Assembly (NCBI GenBank): GCA_000002445.1
Contig: CM000208.1
Location: forward strand, 1,824,001 to 1,888,000
Direction: 5' to 3'
DNA from: Trypanosoma brucei
Taxonomy: Eukaryota
Length of the DNA: 64,000 nt
The notes beneath the pieces were generated by a model, which was given only the letters and a program-made list of their open reading frames with translations, searched no databases and was not told the origin of the DNA. Position numbers and translations under genes: made by a program. Positions 10,101 through 19,705 of the stretch are shown in pieces (position 1 is the stretch's first letter; every line of letters starts with the position of its first letter).

Positions 10101-12508
10101 CCGTGCAGCACTATGCGGAGCTCGTCTTTAGGACTATTGCTCAACTGAACGAGCATCTCTCCACGCATCCACGCCGCGCCTTTGGCACTAAAAGAAAGCA
10201 TCAAAGGAACGCGACTACGTGCTGGTATTATGCCGTACACGGGGTTGCACCCGAAAACTGAATTTGATCCATGGCCGCTAATGGCATCACTTCCGCAATC
10301 CTTCCCTTTCGACTCTTGGCTCTCCAGACGTAGGGCGACCGCGAAGGAAACAATCACACCTCCACGATTCTCCAGTTCAATAACCGTGTGCGTGGTGCCG
10401 TCAACAAGGCACTTAGGAAAGACGATGTGCTTCGGTGCCCCCACACAGGAAACAATGCTTCCAGCCTCCGCATCGGAGCACTGAATAATCTGTTGGCAGT
10501 GCACGGTAAAGTAATGAGGAGGAGTGAAACTTCCCTCCTCGATTAAAAGGAAGGACTGCATCTGCTTGTAGTTTACATAGCACTCAAGATGCTGGTCGCG
10601 GAGTGAAGTGCCTGCTGCCCGCGACCGAGTAACGGTGAAGGTGCAGTAAGAGTGAGGCAATATATCTTCCTGCATGGGCGTCACGCTGAAACTGCAGTCG
10701 GCGGGGAGGCACCAGTACGCCGTCGCCACCGTGTTGCTCCGGTTGTACACGTTCACATATTGAGGTTCGTTCCTTGAATCCACAAAAACTAATGCCTCTG
10801 TGCTCAACACGAAGGGGGCGCCGGTGGAGAAAGACGAGTTCCACCGAGCGAAACTAATACGGCCCCCGCTCTTTTTGCGACAACCTCCCGTCACCAACTC
10901 ACTGGAGGTCGTCGGGTCACGATGAAGATCTCGCAGCATTGCCAAACTAGAGGTGGAAAGTAGATGCATCAACGTGTCGGGCACCTTGCCACCCCGCAGA
11001 ACCTTCGAAAGGAGGAACAAATCCTGCGGTTCAGATGCCCCAAGGCCGACCTCGTGACGCCAAAAAAACTCCTCCACCTCCTTCAACCCGAACGACATGG
11101 GGCGGATGCTGTCATCGTACGCAGAGCCAAATAAGTCGACGAAAACAACGTGTCTCGTGAGGTTCATGATAATGTGCAATCGCCGTAGATAATTCATCGG
11201 GTATGTAGGACAGAACTCCACCCACATCCGCTGGGTGCCTTTAGCAGGGAGTTCTCCGGTCGTCGGTGTTACAACAAATGACGCGCCTGGAGAAACACCA
11301 AGAACATAGAAGTTCACAGACACGTCTGAGAGGTTCTTGATGTAAAAAGAACGCCGCAATGCCCGGCGGTGCTCATAAACAACGATGTTCTTTTCCATCC
11401 GGATGTCACCAAAGTTCATGGAAGTCACTGAAGCAACCACAGTGGGCGCAACCACAACACCGCGCAGCAGCAACGTAACCGTGTTCCCAGCGAGTGCTTT
11501 TACGCACAGCTTGTCAGAAAAGGCAGCACCCACCGACGTCGCAGCGAAGGTAACTTTGAACTTCTGTGCCTTCCCCCGCGGAATAACACCGGTCCGCGGT
11601 GCGGCAGTAAAGGGGCATGAGAAGTCCTCCCTTTCCACCTCCAAACTGAACACCGCGTCAACCACTGAGGGATTTTCGACATCAAACTCCATAGTGTGCA
11701 CCTTACCAACGTATACGGTACCAAAATCTAACAAGAGACTCCTGCCATCCTGCAACAACTGCATCTCACGACCGCTGAGGCAGCTGTCGTCAGGGGTAGT
11801 TGAGCCGGTTACGGTGCTAGGCTCCTTCGACACGCGGATGAAGGGGTACTTGGCAACACCAGATATCTTTATTGTTGAGAGTAAAGAACCACACGCAGCC
11901 ATTTTGCACACCGCCTGAGCAATCAAAACACACGCCTCCGACGGCGTGAAAGTTATGCACAGGTCCACTGTTTCATTTTCCCGAAGCTCCCCGCTTGTGG
12001 GTGTAATGCCGAAGGGCGCCGGCACCTCCCATTCGTACGAGACGGTGGTGGTACCCACGTTCTTCATGGCGACGATTTCCCTCGCAGTGGTAGCGGTTGG
12101 AACATAGCCAAAGTCATGGTGTGGAGGCACTTCGACCCTCGCCGTCGGTATTTTCCCTTCCAATTTCACGAAAAAGCTACCCCGACCAACGACAGTCACC
12201 TCAAACATGTCACAAATATCAACAAGCTCCGTTGGGCGGAAAGATACTTTAATATCGGTGGCCATGCCACTGCTGAGTGTAACCGGATCGGGGAAATCCA
12301 TGATAAAAACTGTCTTTCGCAGCGGCAGTCGGTACACTATAGTTTGCTTTTTCATGTCTAAATTTCGTATCCGCAGCCTCTGGGTATATTCGCCGCCTGG
12401 CTCCCAGTGGCGCCATAGGAGTCGACCAACGCAATCAACGCCGAGCGTTCGCTTCCGCTGCTCCCGGCCATCTGGCTCAAAAGACATTTGACAACTAAAC
12501 AAAAGCAC
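7103..12508 (-). CDS. Large (1801 aa) ASH/MSP-domain repeat protein, flagellar/ciliary type (CFAP65 / CFAP74 / hydin-family-like)
   Basis: Single uninterrupted 5.4-kb ORF. Repeated beta-sandwich PapD/MSP-like segments with the pattern 'F.P..LDFG.V.VG......F.V.N....V.F...' occur many times (e.g. WEPGGEYTQRLRIRNLD..., LLLDFGTVYVGKVHTMEFDVENPS..., NFGDIRMEKNIVVYEHRRAL). Alternative start at 12487 (MSFEPDG). Family assignment is inference; size is in the CFAP65 range. Confidence 0.6.
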   Translation of the reverse strand: MLLFSCQMSFEPDGREQRKRTLGVDCVGRLLWRHWEPGGEYTQRLRIRNLDMKKQTIVYRLPLRKTVFIMDFPDPVTLSSGMATDIKVSFRPTELVDICDMFEVTVVGRGSFFVKLEGKIPTARVEVPPHHDFGYVPTATTAREIVAMKNVGTTTVSYEWEVPAPFGITPTSGELRENETVDLCITFTPSEACVLIAQAVCKMAACGSLLSTIKISGVAKYPFIRVSKEPSTVTGSTTPDDSCLSGREMQLLQDGRSLLLDFGTVYVGKVHTMEFDVENPSVVDAVFSLEVEREDFSCPFTAAPRTGVIPRGKAQKFKVTFAATSVGAAFSDKLCVKALAGNTVTLLLRGVVVAPTVVASVTSMNFGDIRMEKNIVVYEHRRALRRSFYIKNLSDVSVNFYVLGVSPGASFVVTPTTGELPAKGTQRMWVEFCPTYPMNYLRRLHIIMNLTRHVVFVDLFGSAYDDSIRPMSFGLKEVEEFFWRHEVGLGASEPQDLFLLSKVLRGGKVPDTLMHLLSTSSLAMLRDLHRDPTTSSELVTGGCRKKSGGRISFARWNSSFSTGAPFVLSTEALVFVDSRNEPQYVNVYNRSNTVATAYWCLPADCSFSVTPMQEDILPHSYCTFTVTRSRAAGTSLRDQHLECYVNYKQMQSFLLIEEGSFTPPHYFTVHCQQIIQCSDAEAGSIVSCVGAPKHIVFPKCLVDGTTHTVIELENRGGVIVSFAVALRLESQESKGKDCGSDAISGHGSNSVFGCNPVYGIIPARSRVPLMLSFSAKGAAWMRGEMLVQLSNSPKDELRIVLHGEGFRPELLVEDSSMITMRPACVTGVTERSLRITNPTTVPISFESSPSQPLQGVVFVEPPVGVLQAGMGMNLVVSFCPQDPVLYEGHITFSISTHDETQPSSNATRRAVDPLVGRERESQSSSCNNTPRELSLSDGKRIISCPFMGEGRQSVVEVEPVVIEHEGPAAQEKTFEWTIYNSSVCEVCYEVRWLTKTRRMNWEGEDTPMIHLSNNRCGALAARSHTVVLVTLRPPAGVTDCILYTLVGGRGVDLSSIACPTNLHEVQQHPHCEVRLKGTRPAVQITDVRSLQQHRSQLWCQLAINSINNVLAAPVQSVDVERDSFAFPQYVQGVEPIYMDVGVGCVDDDDKEIMLCVENAGSCAAPFRFWYPIDHEGGNETWFVEDEELEDVQQILSNRLLEISPREGTIPVNSHAVITITYRHVSVGTHCLPVLLRLDKGKKALLVLEGRTVADNTHALAFHHPPVYQLHPIALGDVEPPLQSSTIENTSSHPMTYVVQEDLVEQVCAANCGVPVFQCMNPEGVIPPGGSTQLHWYFRPLEVRTYTIDVGLQIVNGEGYSMRFCGVGYHPKKTSTGEACNTINDAFLPIPVSPSLRLPSRLCPVSLSIDVMRIGAVPRFSLHRRICYVENRHNSFSYSFSWATSLEPGSSTISVSPNSGVVRPGQRVRCVLALQCGKLSQIIEAPIFCRVVNETLIEDKSVSPMYVEAAAAPEDEEADEEDDTDPLLDVKPQTKTRFERSTCTKRRATYMGKKRPSVIEAPPEYQSLRVLSAAAAPALHSGVADHNTMSLPLKKRADEGPVLAHSLEVLVQARIMPVDEYQRLYGECAVRQVYFPPLYENYVRPQSASLVGDRLKQTIKDFTRGNVRIVRRMLEGLLRTVVDCPPVRNAFTETIKEEIPQYRELVSMASNSFVRDPPSSTYGANKSSDPGSGAAGATEAMPPTTGVTQRLTTTAGTPCKDQGVLPPWNNSALLNLVEKLLNDVAVRTITQDMGAGLLGRRS

Positions 12509-13424
12509 TACTGACTACGGTCCTGCACAGGGCAGAAATACAAAAACTCGCGCACCCTTCTCCGTCCCGTCTATGAATCCTGTGTATCTTCCCAGCAAGC
12601 GATCACAAAACGTAAAAAGAAAGGGGAAAAAATAGAGGCAAGTGACACACAATTTGCATTTTTCACTTCACCAAACCCAACGTAGAAGACAACTCCAAAA
12701 TGCGCAACGGAAGAAACCTGAATGTGCCCGCTTACACCACACGAGATGGCAGCTTCCGCATCCTCTTCCCCTCCGGGTTAGATGCTTGTGGAGAGAATGG
12801 AAAGGAAAGAACCGGCAGGAATTAAATAGCTACCCCTAATAACTTTGTATTCTGCGGCGCTCGGGTTGTACGTGGTAAAAAGATAAAACAAGTGCGTTGC
12901 AAACAATGGCAACGCAGAAAAGGGTCACAAAGAAGAGGTGAACTCCGGTATTCGCTTGCCCCATAAACTCAAACAAACAAACAAGAAATAAAAGGAGATG
13001 GGGGAAACAGCGATAACAATGTTAGTGACATAAGTAAATGGTGCAATAGAGGTCGACAATAAACCGAAAACCAGTGACAGAACTAATGAGGACCATTATA
13101 TTGGAGTAAAACAGGAAGTATAAAGTGGTAGTATACGAAAAGCGGGGTGAAGAGAACTAAAGCAATGGTAGTCAGACACCTGGCCGCAATTTATAAAGTG
13201 AGAAAGTGGAAAACGGTGCATGTTATGCTCTGGAACCCCACTACTTCGGACGTCTACGAAGAGACGAGCAGCCACGAAGAACAATAGCGATAACCTTACC
13301 AAAGAAGGTGCAACATGGAAGCAATTGCCTCCTCACATAGCAGACCATACAATGATGTTTGCCGCGGATACCGCGGCAAACCATAGTACACAAGCACGTT
13401 GGAAAAAAAACGTTGGAAGTTTCC

Positions 13425-15419
13425 TCACTGAAGATACTTCGCACGCGCCAACAAAGCGAAGAATGCCAACACCATGTAAACCGCAACACTTGCTGCGCAC
13501 GCGACGATGTATTCCGGGAGTTCTTCCGGAAAATACCCCTGCAACCTTGCATACGTCGCGCCATCCGGAAAGCAGAAGGGCACCTTCGGCTCACACACGA
13601 ACTTCAAACCATCAAATTCGTTCACCACAAGCCCCGCTAGGCCGTAGCGCACAAACGAAACATATTTGAGCCAACGCCAAAAGAATGGAAGGCTCTGAGT
13701 GCCCATCAAGACACCCCCCGAGGGTAGAAGCAAAAGCACAAGCACCAACGGTGCCACAATGTTCGCCACTTGTATGTTTCTCGACAAGCTCGAGAGGAAT
13801 AAACAAAGAAAGTAGCTGTTCAGCACAACAAATGTGCACGTACAGGAAAAGAGGAGGAACTTACCCACACCCTGTTGCAGACCCATCGTGAAGTACACTA
13901 TAATGTCGAACAGGAGGTTTGTCACAACGGTTATCGGCACGTCCTGAACAATCTTCCCTATGTAGTACGCAAGCACACAATACATCCCGGCACGATGCTC
14001 TCTCACGAAAATAGCACGCTCCTCGATGAAAAGATTAAGGGTTGCTAGGCACGAAAGCGCTGTATTCATGGTTACAAAAAATAGCGAGCCCATTCGATTC
14101 CGAATAGACAGCTGATCGTTACCCAACTGAAAGTACACAGAGCCGATCACTGTCCCGAAAAATGCCGCTGCAACGATACGGGCCACCGCCGCGCTGGAAT
14201 CCCGTAGTTTGCTTAACACCGCACGCCACGCCACGACATAGATTTGTTTCGTGATGCCACGGTAATATGGTGACGGGTCTCCCCCTGGAAGACCATCATA
14301 TCCATAACTGCACCTTTCGTTGATGGCACCAATCTCACGCTCCACCACGGCGAGCAGTGAAGTGTGGAAGGCGGTGACAATGCCGGAGCACGTTCGTGAC
14401 ATGGCTAAAGCACAGTTTTGACCTACACCACTTTTAAAAAACTCCTCACTTGGTGGCAGAGCCACAGCGTCCAGTAAAACATCTGCTGGATTGTCCAGCT
14501 GCGGCGGCGCGACGCCTACACCCTCGAGGAATCGCATGACTGCACTCGCGGGCCCGAAGTACGCCTGCTCACCTGACCCGGTTAACAGCAGCAACTTGTC
14601 AAACAGCTGGAATATGCTTTTGCGTGGCTGATGAATTGAAAAGACAACAGCAACACCACCAGCTGCTATCTCCTTAAGGACAGTAAGGAGATGTTGGGCA
14701 GTAAAGGTGTCAAGGCCTGTGGTTGGTTCGTCAAGGAATAAAATGGATGGCTGGGACACCAGCTCCATGGCGATCGCGCAGCGCTTCTTTTCTCCCCCGC
14801 TGATTCCACGGACCATCTGCGACCCAATTCGTGAGTTCTGTACGTGATCGATGCCCAGAAGTCGCATGACACGCTGAATGTGTGTTTCCAGCACACTGCG
14901 TGTGAACGACGGCGGAGTGCGCAGCTGGGCGGCGTATGAAATGCTTTCTTTCACAGTCAAATAAGGCCAAAGCAGGTCTTCCTGCTGTACGTACGCACTG
15001 ATGCGGCGAAACGATCCCAGGTGAATTGGGTGCCCCTGCAACAGCACCTCACCACCTATAGTCCCACTCTTTTGTCTTTGCGCCATTATGTCAAGAAGCG
15101 TCGACTTACCGGCACCAGACGGACCGAGCAAGGCAAGCAACTCACCACCTCTCACATAGCCCGAGATACCGCGTAAAATTTCTTTTGGCCTCCCTTTGTC
15201 ACCTTGGACAGTGTATGTGATATTTCTAAACGTTAAGGCCACAGGCTTCTCTGGCCCCAATGAAGCGGGGTCTTCTTGCTTTGGGCCCTTAACTAGAAAA
15301 GAGGTCTCCTCTTCTTCGGCATCTGTAAACTGTGTGAAACAAGGAGAGCTGCCATTGCCCTCCATTGGACCCGTCCTTACTGCTGGTGCAAAAACTTCGA
15401 GCAAGTTAATGAAATGCAT
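13425..15419 (-). CDS. ABC transporter, ABCG (white/half-transporter) family: N-terminal NBD followed by 6-TM domain
   Basis: Walker A GPSGAGKSTLLD, ABC signature ISGGEKKRCAIAMEL, Walker B ILFLDEPTTGLD, then a hydrophobic C-terminal half. NBD-then-TMD order is diagnostic of ABCG. Confidence 0.88.
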   Translation of the reverse strand: MHFINLLEVFAPAVRTGPMEGNGSSPCFTQFTDAEEEETSFLVKGPKQEDPASLGPEKPVALTFRNITYTVQGDKGRPKEILRGISGYVRGGELLALLGPSGAGKSTLLDIMAQRQKSGTIGGEVLLQGHPIHLGSFRRISAYVQQEDLLWPYLTVKESISYAAQLRTPPSFTRSVLETHIQRVMRLLGIDHVQNSRIGSQMVRGISGGEKKRCAIAMELVSQPSILFLDEPTTGLDTFTAQHLLTVLKEIAAGGVAVVFSIHQPRKSIFQLFDKLLLLTGSGEQAYFGPASAVMRFLEGVGVAPPQLDNPADVLLDAVALPPSEEFFKSGVGQNCALAMSRTCSGIVTAFHTSLLAVVEREIGAINERCSYGYDGLPGGDPSPYYRGITKQIYVVAWRAVLSKLRDSSAAVARIVAAAFFGTVIGSVYFQLGNDQLSIRNRMGSLFFVTMNTALSCLATLNLFIEERAIFVREHRAGMYCVLAYYIGKIVQDVPITVVTNLLFDIIVYFTMGLQQGVGKFLLFSCTCTFVVLNSYFLCLFLSSLSRNIQVANIVAPLVLVLLLLPSGGVLMGTQSLPFFWRWLKYVSFVRYGLAGLVVNEFDGLKFVCEPKVPFCFPDGATYARLQGYFPEELPEYIVACAASVAVYMVLAFFALLARAKYLQ

Positions 15420-15887
15420 TCAAAAGTAGTGGGGCACAACTGAAGCGCAACAATCGTACTCACGGGACAGAGTGGTTGGAGAATAAAGCGGAGGGAATGT
15501 TTGTGGGCACAAAAGTGCCACGAGCAGAAGCACCAGTATGGAGGGGGGACGACGATCAACCCCAAGTAAACATCCAAAACAGTGACAAAAAACGATGTAA
15601 AATAGAAGAAAGGTAAAATAACTCCCGTAAACCTGCATGTCCATGTCTGGCAGCGGAAACGAAAAGGCGTTGCACGCAGCACGATGAAAAACAAAGGAAA
15701 CAATGTCTCCCAGTTTTGTCTTGTTTTCATTGAAATGTAAAAGGAATCTCCGGATCGAAGTAAGATCAAAACGAATGGTATTTAAATAAAAGAAGAACAC
15801 AAATTCCTGAAACACGCATGCGTGTACGTAAACGTAATGAGACGTAAGCTTCCCCCCCCCATCATGCCACCAGTGTCAACGAGTAGG

Positions 15888-18044
15888 TCAAACTTCAGCG
15901 ACGACAGCATAAGCGTTTAACCTCCTTATTATAAGGCCGGCATCCAGAAGCTGCTGAATCACCGAACTTAAACACATTCCAATATGATGTTCTCCACCCA
16001 TTCGCTCAAAAAGACACCTCACAACCTCTTCAGGCACTGCTGAGCCATTACACGCCCGCTGTTCAGCCAACATCTGGCGCAACAGCACAAGGCAAGCGGC
16101 CTTTTTTCCTACCCTTTTTCGCTTGTGTGCACCAGCAGCGGAACGTGATGCGGGACCATAGACCGGTCCTTCCGATACGAAGTGATCTAGTGAGCTCAAA
16201 CCAGCTGAGGTCGTGGCAACGGACACGGCTGACTGGAGAGTCGTGGACGAAGCTGAAGCAGCCGTATCCGCAGTCCACAGGTGATGTTTGTAACACAACC
16301 AGACCTCCTCCGCAAGGGTTTCGTTCCATCCAGCGACACAGGCACGACGACAATCGCCGCTCTGAGCTTCAGCCTCAACATTGCAAATCCCGTTGAGTAT
16401 GAGCCGTGCAATGTTTAACTCCCATAGCACTACCAAATGTGAGCCGAAGGTCTTTTCGCATTCGGTGACCCCGTATTGGCACCGCTCGGAAAGACGGCTA
16501 AGGTAAAACGCTGTGAATTCGTTAACAGGAATGGCCGCCTCCAAGGATGCGGCACACGGCGCCTCCTTCACAATGATGTGAAGTGTTGCGCTGCTTAACG
16601 GTCCGTGGCACATCGAGACCCTGCTGCTACCTAATGAGGTAGAGCGAGACCGAGGTGCCGACTTCGACTGCGAGCGGGCCACGGAAGCAGCAATAACCTC
16701 ATCGCCGACTAACGCAGCGTTCTGTAACAGCAAGTTGGCGGTGGTGCGAGCCACAAGAGTAAACTGCGGTACGATAGCCGCGATGCCGAGGTTGTCATCA
16801 TTGGAAGCAGCGGTAATCTGAGCACGGGTACGGACCACCCCACCACGCAGGGTGGCAGCCCCACCAGTACCGCTGCCGCCTCCACTGTTTATGGGACACA
16901 GGCCACATAGGAGGCCTCCCACATGATTCGTGAAAGCACCGCTGCCGTTGGCAGGCAACTCATCGATGACGAGTGAGTCCACCGCGGAAACCGCACCAGC
17001 CATAAGAAGTTGCTGATGCACGTGTGGGTACGCTGCAGTGATAGCCTGCGAAGCAACTGTGGATCGCTGCCCTCCGCGCATAACGTGGGCACCAACAAGT
17101 GTGGCGCAGGAGCCTAAAAAGTGAAGAAAAGCGCGCAAAAGCGCCGACTTCCCCGAACGGGAGGGACCGAGTAGTAACAAGTGAAGAGGCCGCCGACTGC
17201 GGCAACGAAGTGAACGATATATCGTGTGTGTGGCGACAAGAAGAAGCATCGACTTGCACAATTCTTGACCCGCAATCTCTGGAGCAAATGCTCTCGTAAG
17301 CTGTTTAAAAGTAAGAGGTGGCGTAGCCGACACAAGGGAGAATGGGTCCCTAGTCACTTCGGCGGTTGCTAGCATTGGCCGCATCACCCACTCCACATCG
17401 CTACATCGTTCAGTGTTGTGAATAACGTAAGCAGTACTTCCATCATCCATACTGCTTGCATACATAACGGCGCATAGTACATCCCCCAGGCGCATCTGCG
17501 TACCAACATCACCATAGGCCCATGCGGAGAAATGCCGCATGCTGTCCAGCAGCTGTATGACGAAGTGTGTGCGGCTGCAGAGAGCAGGTTGAAGTCGCTC
17601 AGTTGATGATGACACAAAATCTGTACCACGCCAACCAAGCTGAACAATGTCCGTCGTAGTAGGCAGAAGACGCAACGCGACGACTCGTATGGGACGTCGA
17701 TGCAGCACACCATGGATGTCAGAACCATGCGGCAACCTGGGAAAGGGCGAAGAGGAGGTTGCGCTGATTAGAAACGCACATTCCGAAAAACTATAAACAT
17801 TTTCAAAGGAAGAAGCCAAGCACCGAAGGTAATACAGCGCTAGCGGTTCGTCCTGTAGATTCCAGACTCTCTTTTCCCAAGTAGCACACAACGATGGTGG
17901 TGCTGGCGGCCCGTCTTGCAACAAGTTGAGCAAATCTGTGTACGTTAATCCGCCAACACCAGAATTTTTCTTAGAAAAATCGTGCTGCTGAAGCCATTCC
18001 CTCACGTAGCGCATCCATTCTCCCGCCAAACAGTCAACTGCCAT
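15888..18044 (-). CDS. Divergent MCM-like AAA+ P-loop protein (possibly MCM-binding-protein-like or degenerate MCM paralogue)
   Basis: 718 aa. P-loop LLLGPSRSGKSALLRAF. Downstream LMAGAVSAVDSLVIDELPANG resembles the MCM LEAGALVLAD.GVCCIDEFDK Walker-B region, and PQFTLV resembles the MCM SRFDL arginine-finger region. Catalytic residues look degenerate. Confidence 0.4.
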   Translation of the reverse strand: MAVDCLAGEWMRYVREWLQQHDFSKKNSGVGGLTYTDLLNLLQDGPPAPPSLCATWEKRVWNLQDEPLALYYLRCLASSFENVYSFSECAFLISATSSSPFPRLPHGSDIHGVLHRRPIRVVALRLLPTTTDIVQLGWRGTDFVSSSTERLQPALCSRTHFVIQLLDSMRHFSAWAYGDVGTQMRLGDVLCAVMYASSMDDGSTAYVIHNTERCSDVEWVMRPMLATAEVTRDPFSLVSATPPLTFKQLTRAFAPEIAGQELCKSMLLLVATHTIYRSLRCRSRRPLHLLLLGPSRSGKSALLRAFLHFLGSCATLVGAHVMRGGQRSTVASQAITAAYPHVHQQLLMAGAVSAVDSLVIDELPANGSGAFTNHVGGLLCGLCPINSGGGSGTGGAATLRGGVVRTRAQITAASNDDNLGIAAIVPQFTLVARTTANLLLQNAALVGDEVIAASVARSQSKSAPRSRSTSLGSSRVSMCHGPLSSATLHIIVKEAPCAASLEAAIPVNEFTAFYLSRLSERCQYGVTECEKTFGSHLVVLWELNIARLILNGICNVEAEAQSGDCRRACVAGWNETLAEEVWLCYKHHLWTADTAASASSTTLQSAVSVATTSAGLSSLDHFVSEGPVYGPASRSAAGAHKRKRVGKKAACLVLLRQMLAEQRACNGSAVPEEVVRCLFERMGGEHHIGMCLSSVIQQLLDAGLIIRRLNAYAVVAEV

Positions 18045-18789
18045 CAGTTAGCTTTACACGCCTTTACTTGCACATCCTTGGGAAATTTAGACAGGAAGAG
18101 AAACGTGAGGATAACAGCAGACGCACAGTACATGCACCGGGGGGTTGGTGAGAAGCACCTGCAATGGAGCACCAGCAAGCACAGTCTCCGCTATATCCTT
18201 CGTGAAAAATACGAGCAGCACGCACATTAACTTTCAAACACGTTCATTTGCTATACTACTGGTGGTTCAAGAGCAGCATACCAGACCTCGCAACGGCGTG
18301 CCGCAGGTTGACGTCCCAGGCGTAGAAGGAGAAAAATTACTCGGCGTGGAGCAGATCAAAAGGAGGAGCCACAGCCCTGTTTTTCGCCCAAATGAGGTAT
18401 TCAATGGCCCCTTATGCGGAATGTTGCTCTTACTCCTCCCTTCACCACTCGGACGTTTACGTGCAGGATGGGGGTGTTCTACAAGCCGTCCCCACTAGTG
18501 AATGCCCCCTTTTCCCCTTCCCCCGGAGAGCAGCAGCAGAACAGTAACCTCAAACTGCCGTTCCAGCCCCCGCTGGTACCATTAAAGTGGAGCGTACAGG
18601 TGTCATACGATCCCCTCTCCTTTGGTGCTACCACCTACGCCTGACGTCCATTTGAAGCAGGACATGCTCTGCAAAATGCTGGATGCGTCTCCATGGCGCA
18701 ACGCATGCGTATCGGGTGCCATTATGAGAGGTCAGTGCCACCGGTACCCGTCGCTGCCACTTTTCCCCACCGGCCCTACCCTCGAACGG

Positions 18790-19050
18790 CTATAGGGGTG
18801 TAATACCCCACTCTGTTCGGTGCTTCCGCATTGCCTCACAAAAGGTCTTTGTGTACACCGATTCGTAAACCTCACCAGCAACTTCGCTCAGAGCCTGCCG
18901 GTAGGCTTCATTGCGCAACGCTTTTACTCGCAGCTCGTAATCCAGTGATGCCATCAGCAGTTCCTGGCCGGCACCGTCACCGTCACTGTCACTATTGCTA
19001 CCACAAGGTTGCGGCGTAATACCTAGCATTTTCTTTCCTCCTGTCTTCAC
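18790..19050 (-). CDS. Small hypothetical protein (86 aa)
   Basis: ORF on the coding strand of the array, in an otherwise empty inter-gene interval. No recognisable domain; could be spurious. Confidence 0.2.
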   Translation of the reverse strand: MKTGGKKMLGITPQPCGSNSDSDGDGAGQELLMASLDYELRVKALRNEAYRQALSEVAGEVYESVYTKTFCEAMRKHRTEWGITPL

Positions 19051-19705
19051 TACGGCGACCGATGAGAAAGCGGAAACAGGAAAAGTTAGTAATAAATGAC
19101 GTTATCCTGTTTGCATGCGGGCGCATAGGGAGCCTTGGTCGCAATGACGGACACAACAAAATGAAAGAGGCGAGCACTATCAGAACACAAGGGGGGCGGC
19201 GCCCACGTTGTTGGGAACTGCACGTGAGCACCAGCACTCGATAGGAGGGATTCCCTGTGCCTAATCCTATTGTTTCTGTCTTCACCGAGCTAAGGTCCTC
19301 TCAGCATCTGCCCCAAAGTTGAAAAAAAAAGGGGGTACACACATGCAGACCCCGACAAAGTGGCCTGGCAACACGAAGCCGACGCCACATCGCAGTTAGA
19401 TGTGGACTCACTTCACGCGCAATGCTCGCGCTCGCCGTAATAAACGCAAAGCTTTCAGTACAAGCTCCCGTAGACATCACAACATCGTGCTCACGTTCAG
19501 TGTCTGCATACACGTGAGAGTCACCTAAAACATCAACGTCTGAATACAGAAAAAAAAAAAAGGCAGCCACCTCCCTCCACAAGAAAATGCTACCCGCCAC
19601 AACAGCGGAATGGCCCGAACGAACGGAGCGCCGTGTACTGTCCAAGCAGAAAATGCCAGGGCGGCTCAACAGCACTCACAACTCGTACGCCGCTGCAAAG
19701 AAATC

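Noticed and set aside
19301-19675. 124-aa minus-strand ORF
   Set aside because: It overlaps a homopolymer-containing intergenic region and has no recognisable features. Likely spurious.
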